Assembly (NCBI GenBank): GCA_012295275.1
Contig: CM022665.1
Coordinates: 36,890,001-36,954,000 of the forward strand
Origin: Chrysomallon squamiferum
Lineage: Eukaryota > Animalia > Mollusca
DNA length: 64,000 bases
Direction: 5' to 3'
The notes beneath the pieces are model-generated. The model made no database searches and was not told the origin of the DNA. It saw only the letters and a program-made list of their open reading frames with translations. The translations under genes were made by a program, and so were the position numbers. Below, piece by piece: positions 37,701 to 49,100 of this stretch (position 1 is the stretch's first letter; the number at the start of each line of letters is the position of its first letter).

Positions 37701-40700
37701 GAATTTTTGACATGACCATTAGCAAAAATTATTCAGGTTTCTATTCATACAAGTTAAAAAGCCCAAATAAATTTAATTATGTCCAAAAAAAATGCATTTT
37801 GTAAGGTGCCTGTCACTGAAATTTACACATTTCAGTCAAGTTCTGCGTTTATTTCCTGGTTTAATTTTTGATGGCTGTTTCTCAAAACCTCCATGAAATT
37901 TGACATTCTGCATAGCAATGGAAAGCCCTATTTTTGCTGAGCATTATGGGAACAATGTTCTAAAAATAGATACAAACTCCATCGAGATATTACTTTATTT
38001 AGTGCATTTCCTCTCTGAGAATATGAGAGAAAATTAAGACATCACATGGCTTGTTGCCACATTCTGATTGGTTAATACTGTGTTTCAGCACTATTTCAAG
38101 TGACACTGTTTACATCCATTCATTGATATTTTCTCCCTTGTGTATTGCTTAAGATTTAAATTTTTGTAAAAAATGATGTCAAAGCAGAAGCTATCTCACA
38201 AACAACAATTACAATCTGCACAAAAAAAACTGCAGAAAACACAAAAGACTGCCAAAACAAGTGAGGTCATTGAGGATGTGGAATCAAGGGCCACTGGAGA
38301 TCAGAAAGCACCAGGACCTTCCTCATCAACTTTCAAAAGAAAACTGGAACGTGTTTTGGAAATCAAAGATGAAGATCATTGTCCATTTGTTACTGATGAC
38401 GGCCGTCTTTTTTTGCAGGTGAAGTGTCTGAAAAAAATTGTTGAAAATTTGCCATGTTCAGACTCCTCATGTAAACTGTAATGGATCATTAAATAACTGT
38501 CATTGTATGTGATCATTTGAAAGGCCCTGATGTAAATCTGCAGACAGTTTTTGCCACTTGTTAAAAGGTACACAGTGGGACACTGTCATCAAATCTTGTT
38601 TAGGCCATGGAAGCATATTTCCTTATATCACTATCAGAACAAGAACCATGTCATGATCATTGTCCAAAGGGTCCTTCCAGTGGGTGAACAACCAGGCAGC
38701 CATGCTGAAAATGTGGGAACACCACAGTCAAAGGAAGTTGGGCAGTTTGTTAAGCCAATCTACATTCAACTTGGTGATGAAAACCTGTTACATTGATGTC
38801 TGAAAGAAAACCCAAAGTCAGACTTCATGGGAAAATTCAGAGTGAACAGTGGGGTTGCAGTGGCAGTGAGTGAATTCAGTGAAGGCTGTAAAAAAAGTGC
38901 TACCTATTCAGCAGCAGTACTATGTTTACAAAAGTGAGTGGGGCTGCTATGAAACTAACCATTCAAAGGATTCTGAACAAATCCATATGATAGAAAGAAA
39001 ATCTGCTGTAATCCAAAAAAGACAGGCAACTAAGACATTTGAAAAGGATTCAGCAACAGGAAATGCTTGCTGTGATGAAGGTGAACCTTCATATGTAGCT
39101 GGCAAATTTTAAATGTGAATATGTGATTATAACTTTCAAGTGACAAATGTGAACTAACTTGTTGGAATATACATGAAAAGTTTTTTTTAGATAAATGTTT
39201 CAGGGTTTTTTCAGAAATATATAAATACATAGAGTTATAATAATTATACATAACATCACCCCTGTAGCTAGAGTAAGTGGAAATATAGTTATAGAACTTT
39301 ATTTGCTGTTTTATCACATTTCGTTTTTTCTTACTTTTCTAAATTTTTGGATTTTCGCCACACATCCCTTTAAATAGTCAATGAAAAGGGCTTGCTTTTT
39401 AAACTCTTGAATACTTTTAACAACAACTTTAGCAGTGATAGTGTTGACAGTCCCTCTCATTGTAGTGACCAGTAACAGTCAAAATACACTGAGCTGTGAA
39501 ACAATCTCCAGGTAACATTATTGGTCGAGGTCATTGACTGAATATAATCTGTCTCTTCCACAGTTCAAAGTTTATCATGAGATGATGATACCCACACGAG
39601 TAGTGACAAGCTTAATGACACTGTTCTAATGCACATAAATCATTACACAAACAGGTTGTATTCATAAGATATGCAGACAGTACATAATTTCCTGTATAAA
39701 TTACATTTCTTTGAAATAATGGAAACATTCTGCCTTCATTTTACCTGCTGTAAAGATCCCATTTCCACACTATCAGTAGTTGTGTTGACTGCTGGATTAA
39801 TTGCGGATACCATTGCTGCCACTTCCATCTGTCGTGAACAAACAACAGGCTGACCGTTTAGATAGAGCCAGCTCTTCTCGGCAACCCCTATGTTGATTGG
39901 CTGACCCCTTTTATCTTCATTCCCTTTTCCTTCAAAACAATTCACACTATATTTAAATAGATTAAAAAATAAAACTGACAGTAAAATTACTTTCACTAAT
40001 GTTCCCATGGTTTATTCTCATTATTAACAATCCCACATTTTGTTATGCTGATAATAGTGACATGTTTACAAATTATGTTCCTGTTGTTTAAAAACAATTC
40101 ACACTATACCAAAATAAATTAAAATACGACAGTTGATTCCTTGACATTCTAGTGGTCTGTTTCCTTATAACCAATCTTACAAATACTGACAGTAATTTCA
40201 TCTAATGAATTATTATGTTTAGACTACTGATGCTGAGTATTTAAGTAAATTTTTTTAATAAACTTGTATGTATAGCTTCAATTACATGTGACCATATTAA
40301 ATAATGTTATTCCTCCACATATAATATAATTATCAAATATATCATAGATGATCAACAAGTAATAAATTGGGGAGGCTGTGATTAGTATATATTTCTTATC
40401 TTTTTTATGGGGAGGGGTGTTTATATAAATAAATGTTGTAATGCAAAAGTGTTATTTGATTTGTCCAATCCCTGTAAAATAACTTAGCAAGAAAATTGAT
40501 ATGGAAAACAAACTGTATCCAAGGCAATAAAACTGATAGGGTGTTTCCAATTCTTAACTGTGAAAACTAATTAACCAAATATATTAATATCCATGGCACT
40601 GTAACTGGTGCTGAAAACTACAAGGAGGGGGATGAAAATTTATGGCATCTACAGATAACATTACATATATTTCACTATAAATATGCTTTAGAACTGAAAC

Positions 40701-40938
40701 TGAAATAGCATGAATTAAATCAACAGTATATACAAGATAATTATATCAGTAATCCAAGAGTAATTCCTACCATGCCAGGTGACCTCTGCTGTTTCTGAAC
40801 CATCTTTCCCAAACACAACCCATGCATGGTCCTCAGACAATGCAAGATGGACATCATTTATTTTCAAAACCTGACAGGCAGCAACTACAGCTAAAGCAAC
40901 ACCAAAACAGTCCAACTTGTTTCCTGAAAATTTTAAAA

Positions 40939-40977
<39 letters not shown>

Positions 40978-41978
40978 AACAAAAATAATAAATTACATTG
41001 AACAATTTGAAAGCAGAAGATGAATTGCAGAAATTCGGTTTTGTATCTTAGATTTGTATTTAATTTTTTTTTTAATTTTTTTTTTTTAAACTTAACTTTT
41101 TAAATAAATAAATATAATAAATATGATAACAATAATAATGGAACAAAATTTATTTAAAGAAAAACTTGTGATATTTTATTATGATTATTTATCATATTTT
41201 AATTATTTTAATTATTATATATATATATATATATATTTCATGTATTAAAAATCCAAAGTTTAGTCACTAGTCGTTCCCAAAATGAGCAGTCAAAATGATG
41301 TTCATAAAGGTTACGCAGTGAAACGCTTTACCCTTAAATTACTAAAACGCATGCGCAATAAACTAAATCCACGATGAGAAATCTGCACCGGATGAAAAAA
41401 CATTTACTGTTAAATGCGAATTTTAATTATGTCAGCGCCTGTACTAACCAAATATCAAATATATATCCTCTTCAGTATCGAAAAAGCCACAAATGCTAAT
41501 TTATATGCAATAAAAAATAGGCCTGAACAATTTAAATTAACACCTCCACGCAAGACGCATTACCTGTTAGGAAACTGTATAGAGATTGAAGATGGGCTCG
41601 GTCTTTATAGTAACTTCGCGTTAAAGAACTCCATATGACATCTGAAACCTTCTTCACTAATTCTCGCGTCGTATATTCTTCCGTGAACTGAGATAAGTCA
41701 ACAGAACCTTTAACGAGTGTAGTGAATTTTGCGTACAGTGCTTCGACAGTCGATAACTCCACAACTGGAAATATCGGTTCAAGAATTTTTGACCGATCTT
41801 CATTTGAAGTGACCGATCGGTTCAGTGTCAGCGTATTTTCTATACATCCTAACACAATTGATAATAAAGCAAGATTAGGTTCATCTGAATTTTCCAACTG
41901 GTCTTTAAACAAAGCAACAACAGACTCTATACTCTGGAGCGGGAAATGTCCCTTTTCCTTTGGCCCAAAGCCCGCCAT
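34788..41978 (-). CDS. MEN1: Menin (two apparent +1 frameshifts in the last exon)
   Basis: Exons 41978-41564, 40923-40771, 39929-39745, 37281-37241, 36702-36478, 35924-34788. Menin motifs: [138 protein letters not shown]...[17 protein letters not shown]. The last exon is split over three frames at about 35568 and 35163. Confidence 0.96.
37672..39369 (+). mobile_element. Degenerate Kolobok-like DNA transposon (about 1.7 kb) in MEN1 intron 3
   Basis: TTAA flanks at 37668-37671 and 39370-39373, with purine-purine termini and weak inverted ends (GGGGACAAGCTAGGTGAAAA / AGGGATGTGTGGCGAAAA). Broken ORF remnants [39 protein letters not shown] and terminal [11 protein letters not shown] resemble the 'Mutator-like'/Kolobok transposase C-terminus. 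Confidence 0.7.
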
Positions 41979-42850
41979 CTTGAAACAAAACTTCGACTAA
42001 TGTCGGCTTGTTACGGTGATACGCATATGTGCGAAAATGTCCGGAAACAGTAAATACGCAAAAACGAACAGTTTTCATACTTTGTTGTTTAATTTTAAGC
42101 AAATGTGATTCTAGATATTATTTTTGTATAAATAAAATAAACTGAATGTATAAACTCTAACAGACAAATAAAGATTTTTTTGTGACTACAAATTTGATAC
42201 TTAAATATATTTTTAACGTTTATTCGTTTTTTGTGGGTTTTTTAATTTATTTATTTATCTCTGGTAGAAAATAATAGTATATCTATCAAACAGAACAAAC
42301 TTAACTATTATATTCATTACTATTCAAACTGTATATGAATTCGGGGGAAAAAAAAGAACGCGCTGACAAACGTTTGCCTGTTGTGCCCGTAGTTGATGCA
42401 AATTATTACCAAAGTTCTATATATTTATAATGTGCTAAGCAGAATGCATCTGACAACCACATGCATGGGCGTACGACTCAGATTGGCCATACGCTCTTGG
42501 CAAAATGTTATTTCTCGTGTAATATATTCTCCTGTGCAATAACTATGTTTATAATTGGCTATAAAAAATATATATGCAAAAAAGGAAGAGAGTTTAATAT
42601 CTAGCAGTGGAAGACATTCTCTAAGCAAATTTAACTATAACCTACTGAAAGGTACATATTTTAAGATAAAATATTAATTGAAAAGTGATACAAACATATA
42701 CACATTTATGTGCGTGCGTGCGTGCGTGCATAGAGAGGCGGATCTATTATGAATCTAACGAATTAAGTTTCAGGGCCAAAAAAACAAGATGGGCCCCTAG
42801 AAGCAACTTTAGCCCATATTGTTTAAGATACTGTGTTTAAATTTTGAGAG

Positions 42851-42881
<31 letters not shown>

Positions 42882-42934
42882 TAGTTTTGGTTTGTTTTTG
42901 TTGGGGGTTGGGTTTTTGGGGGGGTTTTGGGGTT

Positions 42935-42967
<33 letters not shown>

Positions 42968-43199
42968 TATGGTGATCTGTCTTTGAACAAACGCATTAAT
43001 GAAGAATACACGTTACCCAGACCTCGAAGTTCCACTACAAAAATTCAAGCTTCAGGGTCCCAAAATGTTGGTCCGCCATTTGACTGGCTTTCTTGTATGT
43101 ATGAAAGATTTAATTTGTTTCTGACGTGTGAGACCACTTTTTTAATCTATAACGGAAGTGCGCAATCGACCGAGTTTGTGGTCTACAAGGAAAAACAAA
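41979..43199. promoter_or_regulatory. Divergent promoter region MEN1/CLPTM1
   Basis: The ATGs face apart across 1.2 kb. YY1-type CAAGATGGCGG covers the MEN1 ATG, ETS cores CCGGAA (42041) and ACGGAAGTG (43152) are present, a TGACGT half-CRE sits at 43122, and there are CpG-rich patches at both ends. Confidence 0.7.
42733..43082. mobile_element. Probable degenerate MITE inside the MEN1/CLPTM1 promoter
   Basis: Inverted ends GGCGGATC (near 42737) and GGTCCGCC (near 43070), with a subterminal TTCAGGG motif at both ends. No clear TSD. Confidence 0.45.
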
Positions 43200-46100
43200 A
43201 TGGCAGAAGACAATGTGACTAACTCTTCCAATTCAGAACTCGTTGTAACAGAGAGAGATCAAAACAGCCAAGTTCAGAATGGAACTAATCAAAATAACCA
43301 GGTTATCTATACATTACAAATAATATAATCATTTTGTTGTAAAATTTGGGTAATCTTAAATCTGTAGAATATTGCCGAACCAGACCGCCATGACCGTTAG
43401 TAGTAATTAGTAATCTAGGTACGTGACAAAATCGTACATTTCGCCATAACCCTACAAATAACACAGTTGGAAAGAGCTTGGACAACCCTTTAAAATGACG
43501 CCAAGATCAAGTGAATATGTTGAATATTAAGGAAGTAATGGTAATTTCAAATCCCGTAATAAGTGATTATTTTCGTCCAGTTAAACACTATTTATAGGTA
43601 GGTGTCGCCATAACCCGACAAATAAAATAGTTCGAAAGGGGTTGGACACCCGTTTAAAATGACGCCAAGATCAAGTGAATATGTTGAACATTAAGGAAGT
43701 AGCGGTAATTTCAAATCCCGTAATAAGTGATTATTTTCGTCCAATTAAAAACTATTTATAGGTACGTGTTGCCATAACCCGACAAATAAAATAGTTCGAA
43801 AGGGGTTGGACACCCGTTTAAAATGACGCCAAGATCAAGTGAATATGTTGAATATTAAGGAAGTAGTGGCAATTTCAAATCCCGTAATAAGTGATTATTT
43901 TCGTCCAGTTAAAAACTGTTTATAGGTACGTGTCGCCATAACCCGACAAATAAAATAGTTGGAAAGAGCTTGGAAACACCTTTAAAATAACGCCGAGATC
44001 AAGTGAATATGTTAAATATTAAGGAAGTAACAGTAATTTTAAAACCTGTAATAGGTGCTTATTTGTGACCACTTAAAAGCACCATTTAAGACAGTAGAGG
44101 AAAAAATTCTGAGAAAAAACAGTGAAAAAAACAAACCCAAAACCAAAACAAATTATGATATGAAAATGTGTGTAAAATTTGGTTGAATGACCTGTAAAAT
44201 TTAATACAACACAAAATAGCATGTTCTTGATAGATTTGAAAATAAATGGCCATTTTTATGATTTGAAAATCCTAAGACAGTTATGGATGAAAAATGCCAA
44301 CATAACATTAGGGTATTCATATTCCATAATTTTTATGTAAGAAATAAATAATTTAAGAAGAATAAGTCAATATAATCCATCCATAAGTCATTAAGTAGGA
44401 AGTTTGTTCCACCACAACTCTTTGGCAAACTGACGCTGAACTGACCATGTTTCAGCCAGGCTGGATAACAGTTGTGTGAATTGTCATTTAAAAAAAAAAA
44501 AAAAAAAAAAAAAGGAATTTCAAAGACAGTAAGATGAAAATCAATTTAATATGTCCACCTACATTTCATTTGTGTCAATATCCAAGTTAAAAAACATGAG
44601 ACAGTGAAATTTAGCAAATTGTGCGTGACAATTATCTGCACATACCTACATCTAGGCATTAAAAAAGGTGAATACTTCTCTATTCCAAAACTAATTTGAA
44701 CTCTAAATCAGGTATTTAATGTTTTTGAGCAAAATGTTATCAAAATTTGTCATCAAAAGTTGTTTGAGAGTATAGATTGTAAACAAACTGTTATTGCCTT
44801 ATGTTAGGTGTTATGATCAAATAATACCATTTCATTGGATGTTTATTTTTATGCAACTTCAGGAGAATAAGTTTTTGTAATTTAAACTATACATAATTAA
44901 TTAATTAACTTTAGCTAAGGTATAATTTTAATATCACACAGTGAACTTGGTATCTGGAACATTTTATAGATTTGTCATGCTTTTTAATAAGATATGATAA
45001 TTTAATGAACTATGATCACAGTGTTTGTTTCTATAAAGCTTGAAACTCTAGGTCAAAATTACAGGGCTTTACATCATAAATGTGGTATAATTTTAATTAT
45101 TTTATTATTATTATTTTTTTTTTTTTTTCAAGCTCTTTCCTGTGATGCAGTAATAAGATAAATTTGGTGACTTATTTTTTTTAAAATATAAATATAAACT
45201 ATACAAAAAAACCCAAAGAAGATAGAGTTCAAATGAATTTGACATACATAACCACACATGTACATTTTTATATATATATATATATACCTTTCTGAAAACA
45301 CAGAACTGGAAATAAACTCCATATTTGTGTATTTTCAGATTTCCAAACTTGGCTAAACATAATCAACATAATTCTGTTAACTGACATTTAAATTGATAAT
45401 GCATATTTGACACGATACGCATTTGTAGGGAAAAACAAATGCCACTTAGTGAACTTAAAAAAGTTTAGTTTAATTCAGCAATTCTTTCAGATCTATCAGC
45501 AGTTGTCATATGTTAGGTAAAAATGCCATATTGCATATGCACCTACATATATTTTGTTTCACTTAATCAACAACACATTGTTTTGTATTTCGATAGAGTT
45601 AAATATTGCTTGACTATTCCAGTGCTTTCAGTTTTCAAAGGCTGATCTCTAATAAAATCTGTGACTGCAAAATGACTTTGAGAAATAGAGGTTTATGACT
45701 TATAGCTTTTGAATTTTCAAAGGTCATTATTACTTGTATATAGGAGCTTGGCCAGGACTAAATTTTCACTTAAAGAGTTAGATGGGTCTGGATTTTTTTA
45801 TTTCCACTGAATGTTTGTTTGGGTGTATGTGTGCCTATTATTTTTATTTATTCATATACACAGAGTTCAAGCTAGACTTTATAAAGCAGAGAACTCGCTA
45901 AATACTGTAAGAGATGGCAGACCTGCCCATCTCTTACAGCTTACAATGAGTTCACCTGTCATTCGTCAGCAACAGGAGTATTTTTGACAAACAAGTAACT
46001 TGAACATTGTTCACAGAACTTGTACCTTGAACATTTTCTGTACCAACCCTTTGTTTAACTTGCACCAGTTATGGCGACTTCCGCCACCCCTTTCATAAAT

Positions 46101-49100
46101 GCTGGGGAGATCACTGTAAAGTTACTTTTCCCTTTAGACACATCAGAGAGAAGTGAGTTTTTGTGAAGAAGAAATGAGACAATAAGCTAAATATATATTT
46201 AAAGAACCAACACAGATCTTTATACACATCAGTGAAGAGTTCTGTACTTGGGTGGTCAGTGTCAGTTTTTCTAATTTTATCTTTCTTCCATTTTTACAGA
46301 AATCAAAACAAGCAATGTCTGGTTTATCCTCAGAAATCTTCATCAAGTCCTTCAGTGTGTTATTGTTCATTCATGTTCTAAATTTTGATGTGATCCAATT
46401 CTGTGTTGAAAAAAAACCCTTTCACAATATACAGTTGAGATAGGCCTGGTACCTCATTTATCGGAACCTTGTAGTTTTGTAAATTGTAATCTGTATTGTC
46501 CATGTAATTATGTGCAAACATTTGTAATATCCATCTCAGTTAATTTCATCTGGATACACATTTAAAAGAGCTGTGTTTTTAGTCAGTCTCTAATTATTAC
46601 AGTAAAATGGGGCATTTTTAAAGCTGTTAATACAGTTGGTCACATGATTTCTTTCCATGTCACCAGCTAGTAATAAACATTCATCTCTGTGGTACTCAAT
46701 TGTAGACAAAAAGTCTGTATCAGTTAACTGAATGCTGTGAGAAAATTTTTATTGTCATTAATAAGTTTCACTGAGGTTTGTAGGGGAAACAAAAAGGCAT
46801 ATTGATGATTTTTATGCTATTTTCTTGGTGACTTCATGATGGGTTAAAAGTACAGTGAAGTTTAATGCAAAAGGTCGTGTATTTTGCCCACATCACCCCC
46901 TAGCATGAACCCTGATATATATATGTTTGATATGAAATATAAGGCAGTGTTTTCTTGGATTTAATATCTTTTATTTTGTTTTTGTTTGTTGTTGTTAAAT
47001 ATCCATTCAACTATAAAATGATTTCGCTCAATTAGGATGTCTCATCTTGCAAGGCTTTTAGCCAAAAAAAAAACATTATTATTCATGTACAAAAACAGTG
47101 TTCTCGTTCCTTTTACGAAAATGATATCAACTTGGGGCTGTGTCAGTCTCCACAGAGGTTACAAGCCTGCTATTTTATTGTTATCCTTGTTATAAGTGAA
47201 AACTGATTAAAAATGTAAATAAAATAATAACTGAAAAATAAATAAAATGTATTTAGATAATTTCATTGTAAAGTATAAGAGATATTATATAAAAGGAGAA
47301 AAAAAAGAGATATTTATAACATGTTGTAATTATTTTCAGTAATGTAAAGATATCAAGAATGTTTGAAATTTTATTTTCCAGGAAGCTCCACCACCTCAAG
47401 GAACAAATGTATGGGGAGTTATTAAGACACTTGGAGTTCGAATGATTTTCATATACATCATTGCTAGTCTTTTTCGAAGATCTCCTCCTGCTAATACAGC
47501 TAAAGATGGTGGTACTCAGATACCTGCAACAAATGTATACCATGCCAACATGAAAATGGTAAATCATGAGCATGACAGTATATATAAAACAAACAAAATT
47601 CTAAAATGTCTGTTACAAGTAAAACTTAAAATATTTAGTTTTCAGACTATTACAGTTTATTTTTATAAGGTCCCTTCCTAAAAATTAAATTCTGGATTAT
47701 TTGTTCTTTTAGCTTCATTGCCATAAATATTCTGTTTGCTGTATTTTGACATTTGTAAAAAATCATCAGTGAAATGTATAAAATAATCATTCTGTTTATA
47801 AAATGTTGGATTGTTTTTGTTTTGCAGGATATGTATATTTATATATCAGAACAAGAAGAATTTTCAGATTTCAAAACAAACAGTCACTGTTTTGGCTAGA
47901 AAAAGGACTAACATATGGTGATTGGAATAATGGTCCCAACAGTGATGGAACTTTCTTCAAATCTGGACAGATTGCTGCCTCTGAAGTAAGTACATTTTAT
48001 CATAATAATCCTTAACATAATAACTTCCTCATTAATCATTGTGCAGCCTGGAGAGTTCCATTGTTGAGCAAATGCCTCTGCATGATGTTTTCATATGTTT
48101 CTGTTTTGTGCTGTCTTCTGCCTGGTTGTTTTTTTACTAGATCAGGGGTGCCCAATACTTTGATCAAGCTCTACCAATCGATCACCAATGTAGTATGGGT
48201 AGATCGCATGCCATTCAATGCAAGTCATCTGAGTAAAGTAGTGACCATAAATGTATTTGAGCCATAAGGGTTCATGCAGTGATGCAAGACACGCCAACAT
48301 ATATTGTATATATATTAAGTATATTCAGTACATATATAAATAAATATATTTGTCATTTTTAATACAGGTAGATCATTTTGACCTAGTGATTTTAAAAGTA
48401 GCTCGCAAGCCGAAAAAGTGTGAGCACCCCTGTACTAGATCATTTCTGTCTGTATGGTTATACACAATGTCCATCAGTTATTTTGTATTTTCGGACTTGT
48501 TTGATTACCACTTAACCCTGTTTATTTTTTAATATATTTTTTAGAAGTGCGTTATGTAGTTTTAAGTATATTAACTGTTTGAGGGAATAAACTATTATTA
48601 TGTTTTGAAAATATCAAGATGTTTTCCTTACATATCAGATGTAATAATTTATTTTCATTATTATTATTATTATTTTTTTTTTATTTCAGGCTGTACAGAA
48701 TAATGGTTCATTGTACATACATGTATATTTTGTAAAAGCTGGGAAGAGTCCTGATCCAGCAGATAAAGGGAAATATTCAAAGAAGACAACTGCTTATCGA
48801 TCAAAACGTAAGTGTCCAGGAGCAGGTCTCTGGCTAGCAAATAAAATACATTCATCAGCCATATTGCTTCATCCACTGGCCACAGATAATTTCATGTACT
48901 TAAAACATATTATTTTTGTCCTTGTGAAGCTATTCAAATTCATCCAACCAACTTTCCAAAAATATATACAGGTTTACCTAACATCAGCTACCTTTTAAAC
49001 TTACATTTTCCAAATTACCAGAACATTTATGATTATCTGAAATAAGAAAAAAAATTATATGTTACCCCATATTATCTGCTTGACTTCTTGCAGACAATAT

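Noticed and set aside
43441-44075. 164-bp array as CRISPR or a tandem tRNA/5S/snRNA cluster
   Set aside because: No spacers, and no cloverleaf, A/B boxes, Sm site or recognisable RNA-gene sequence.
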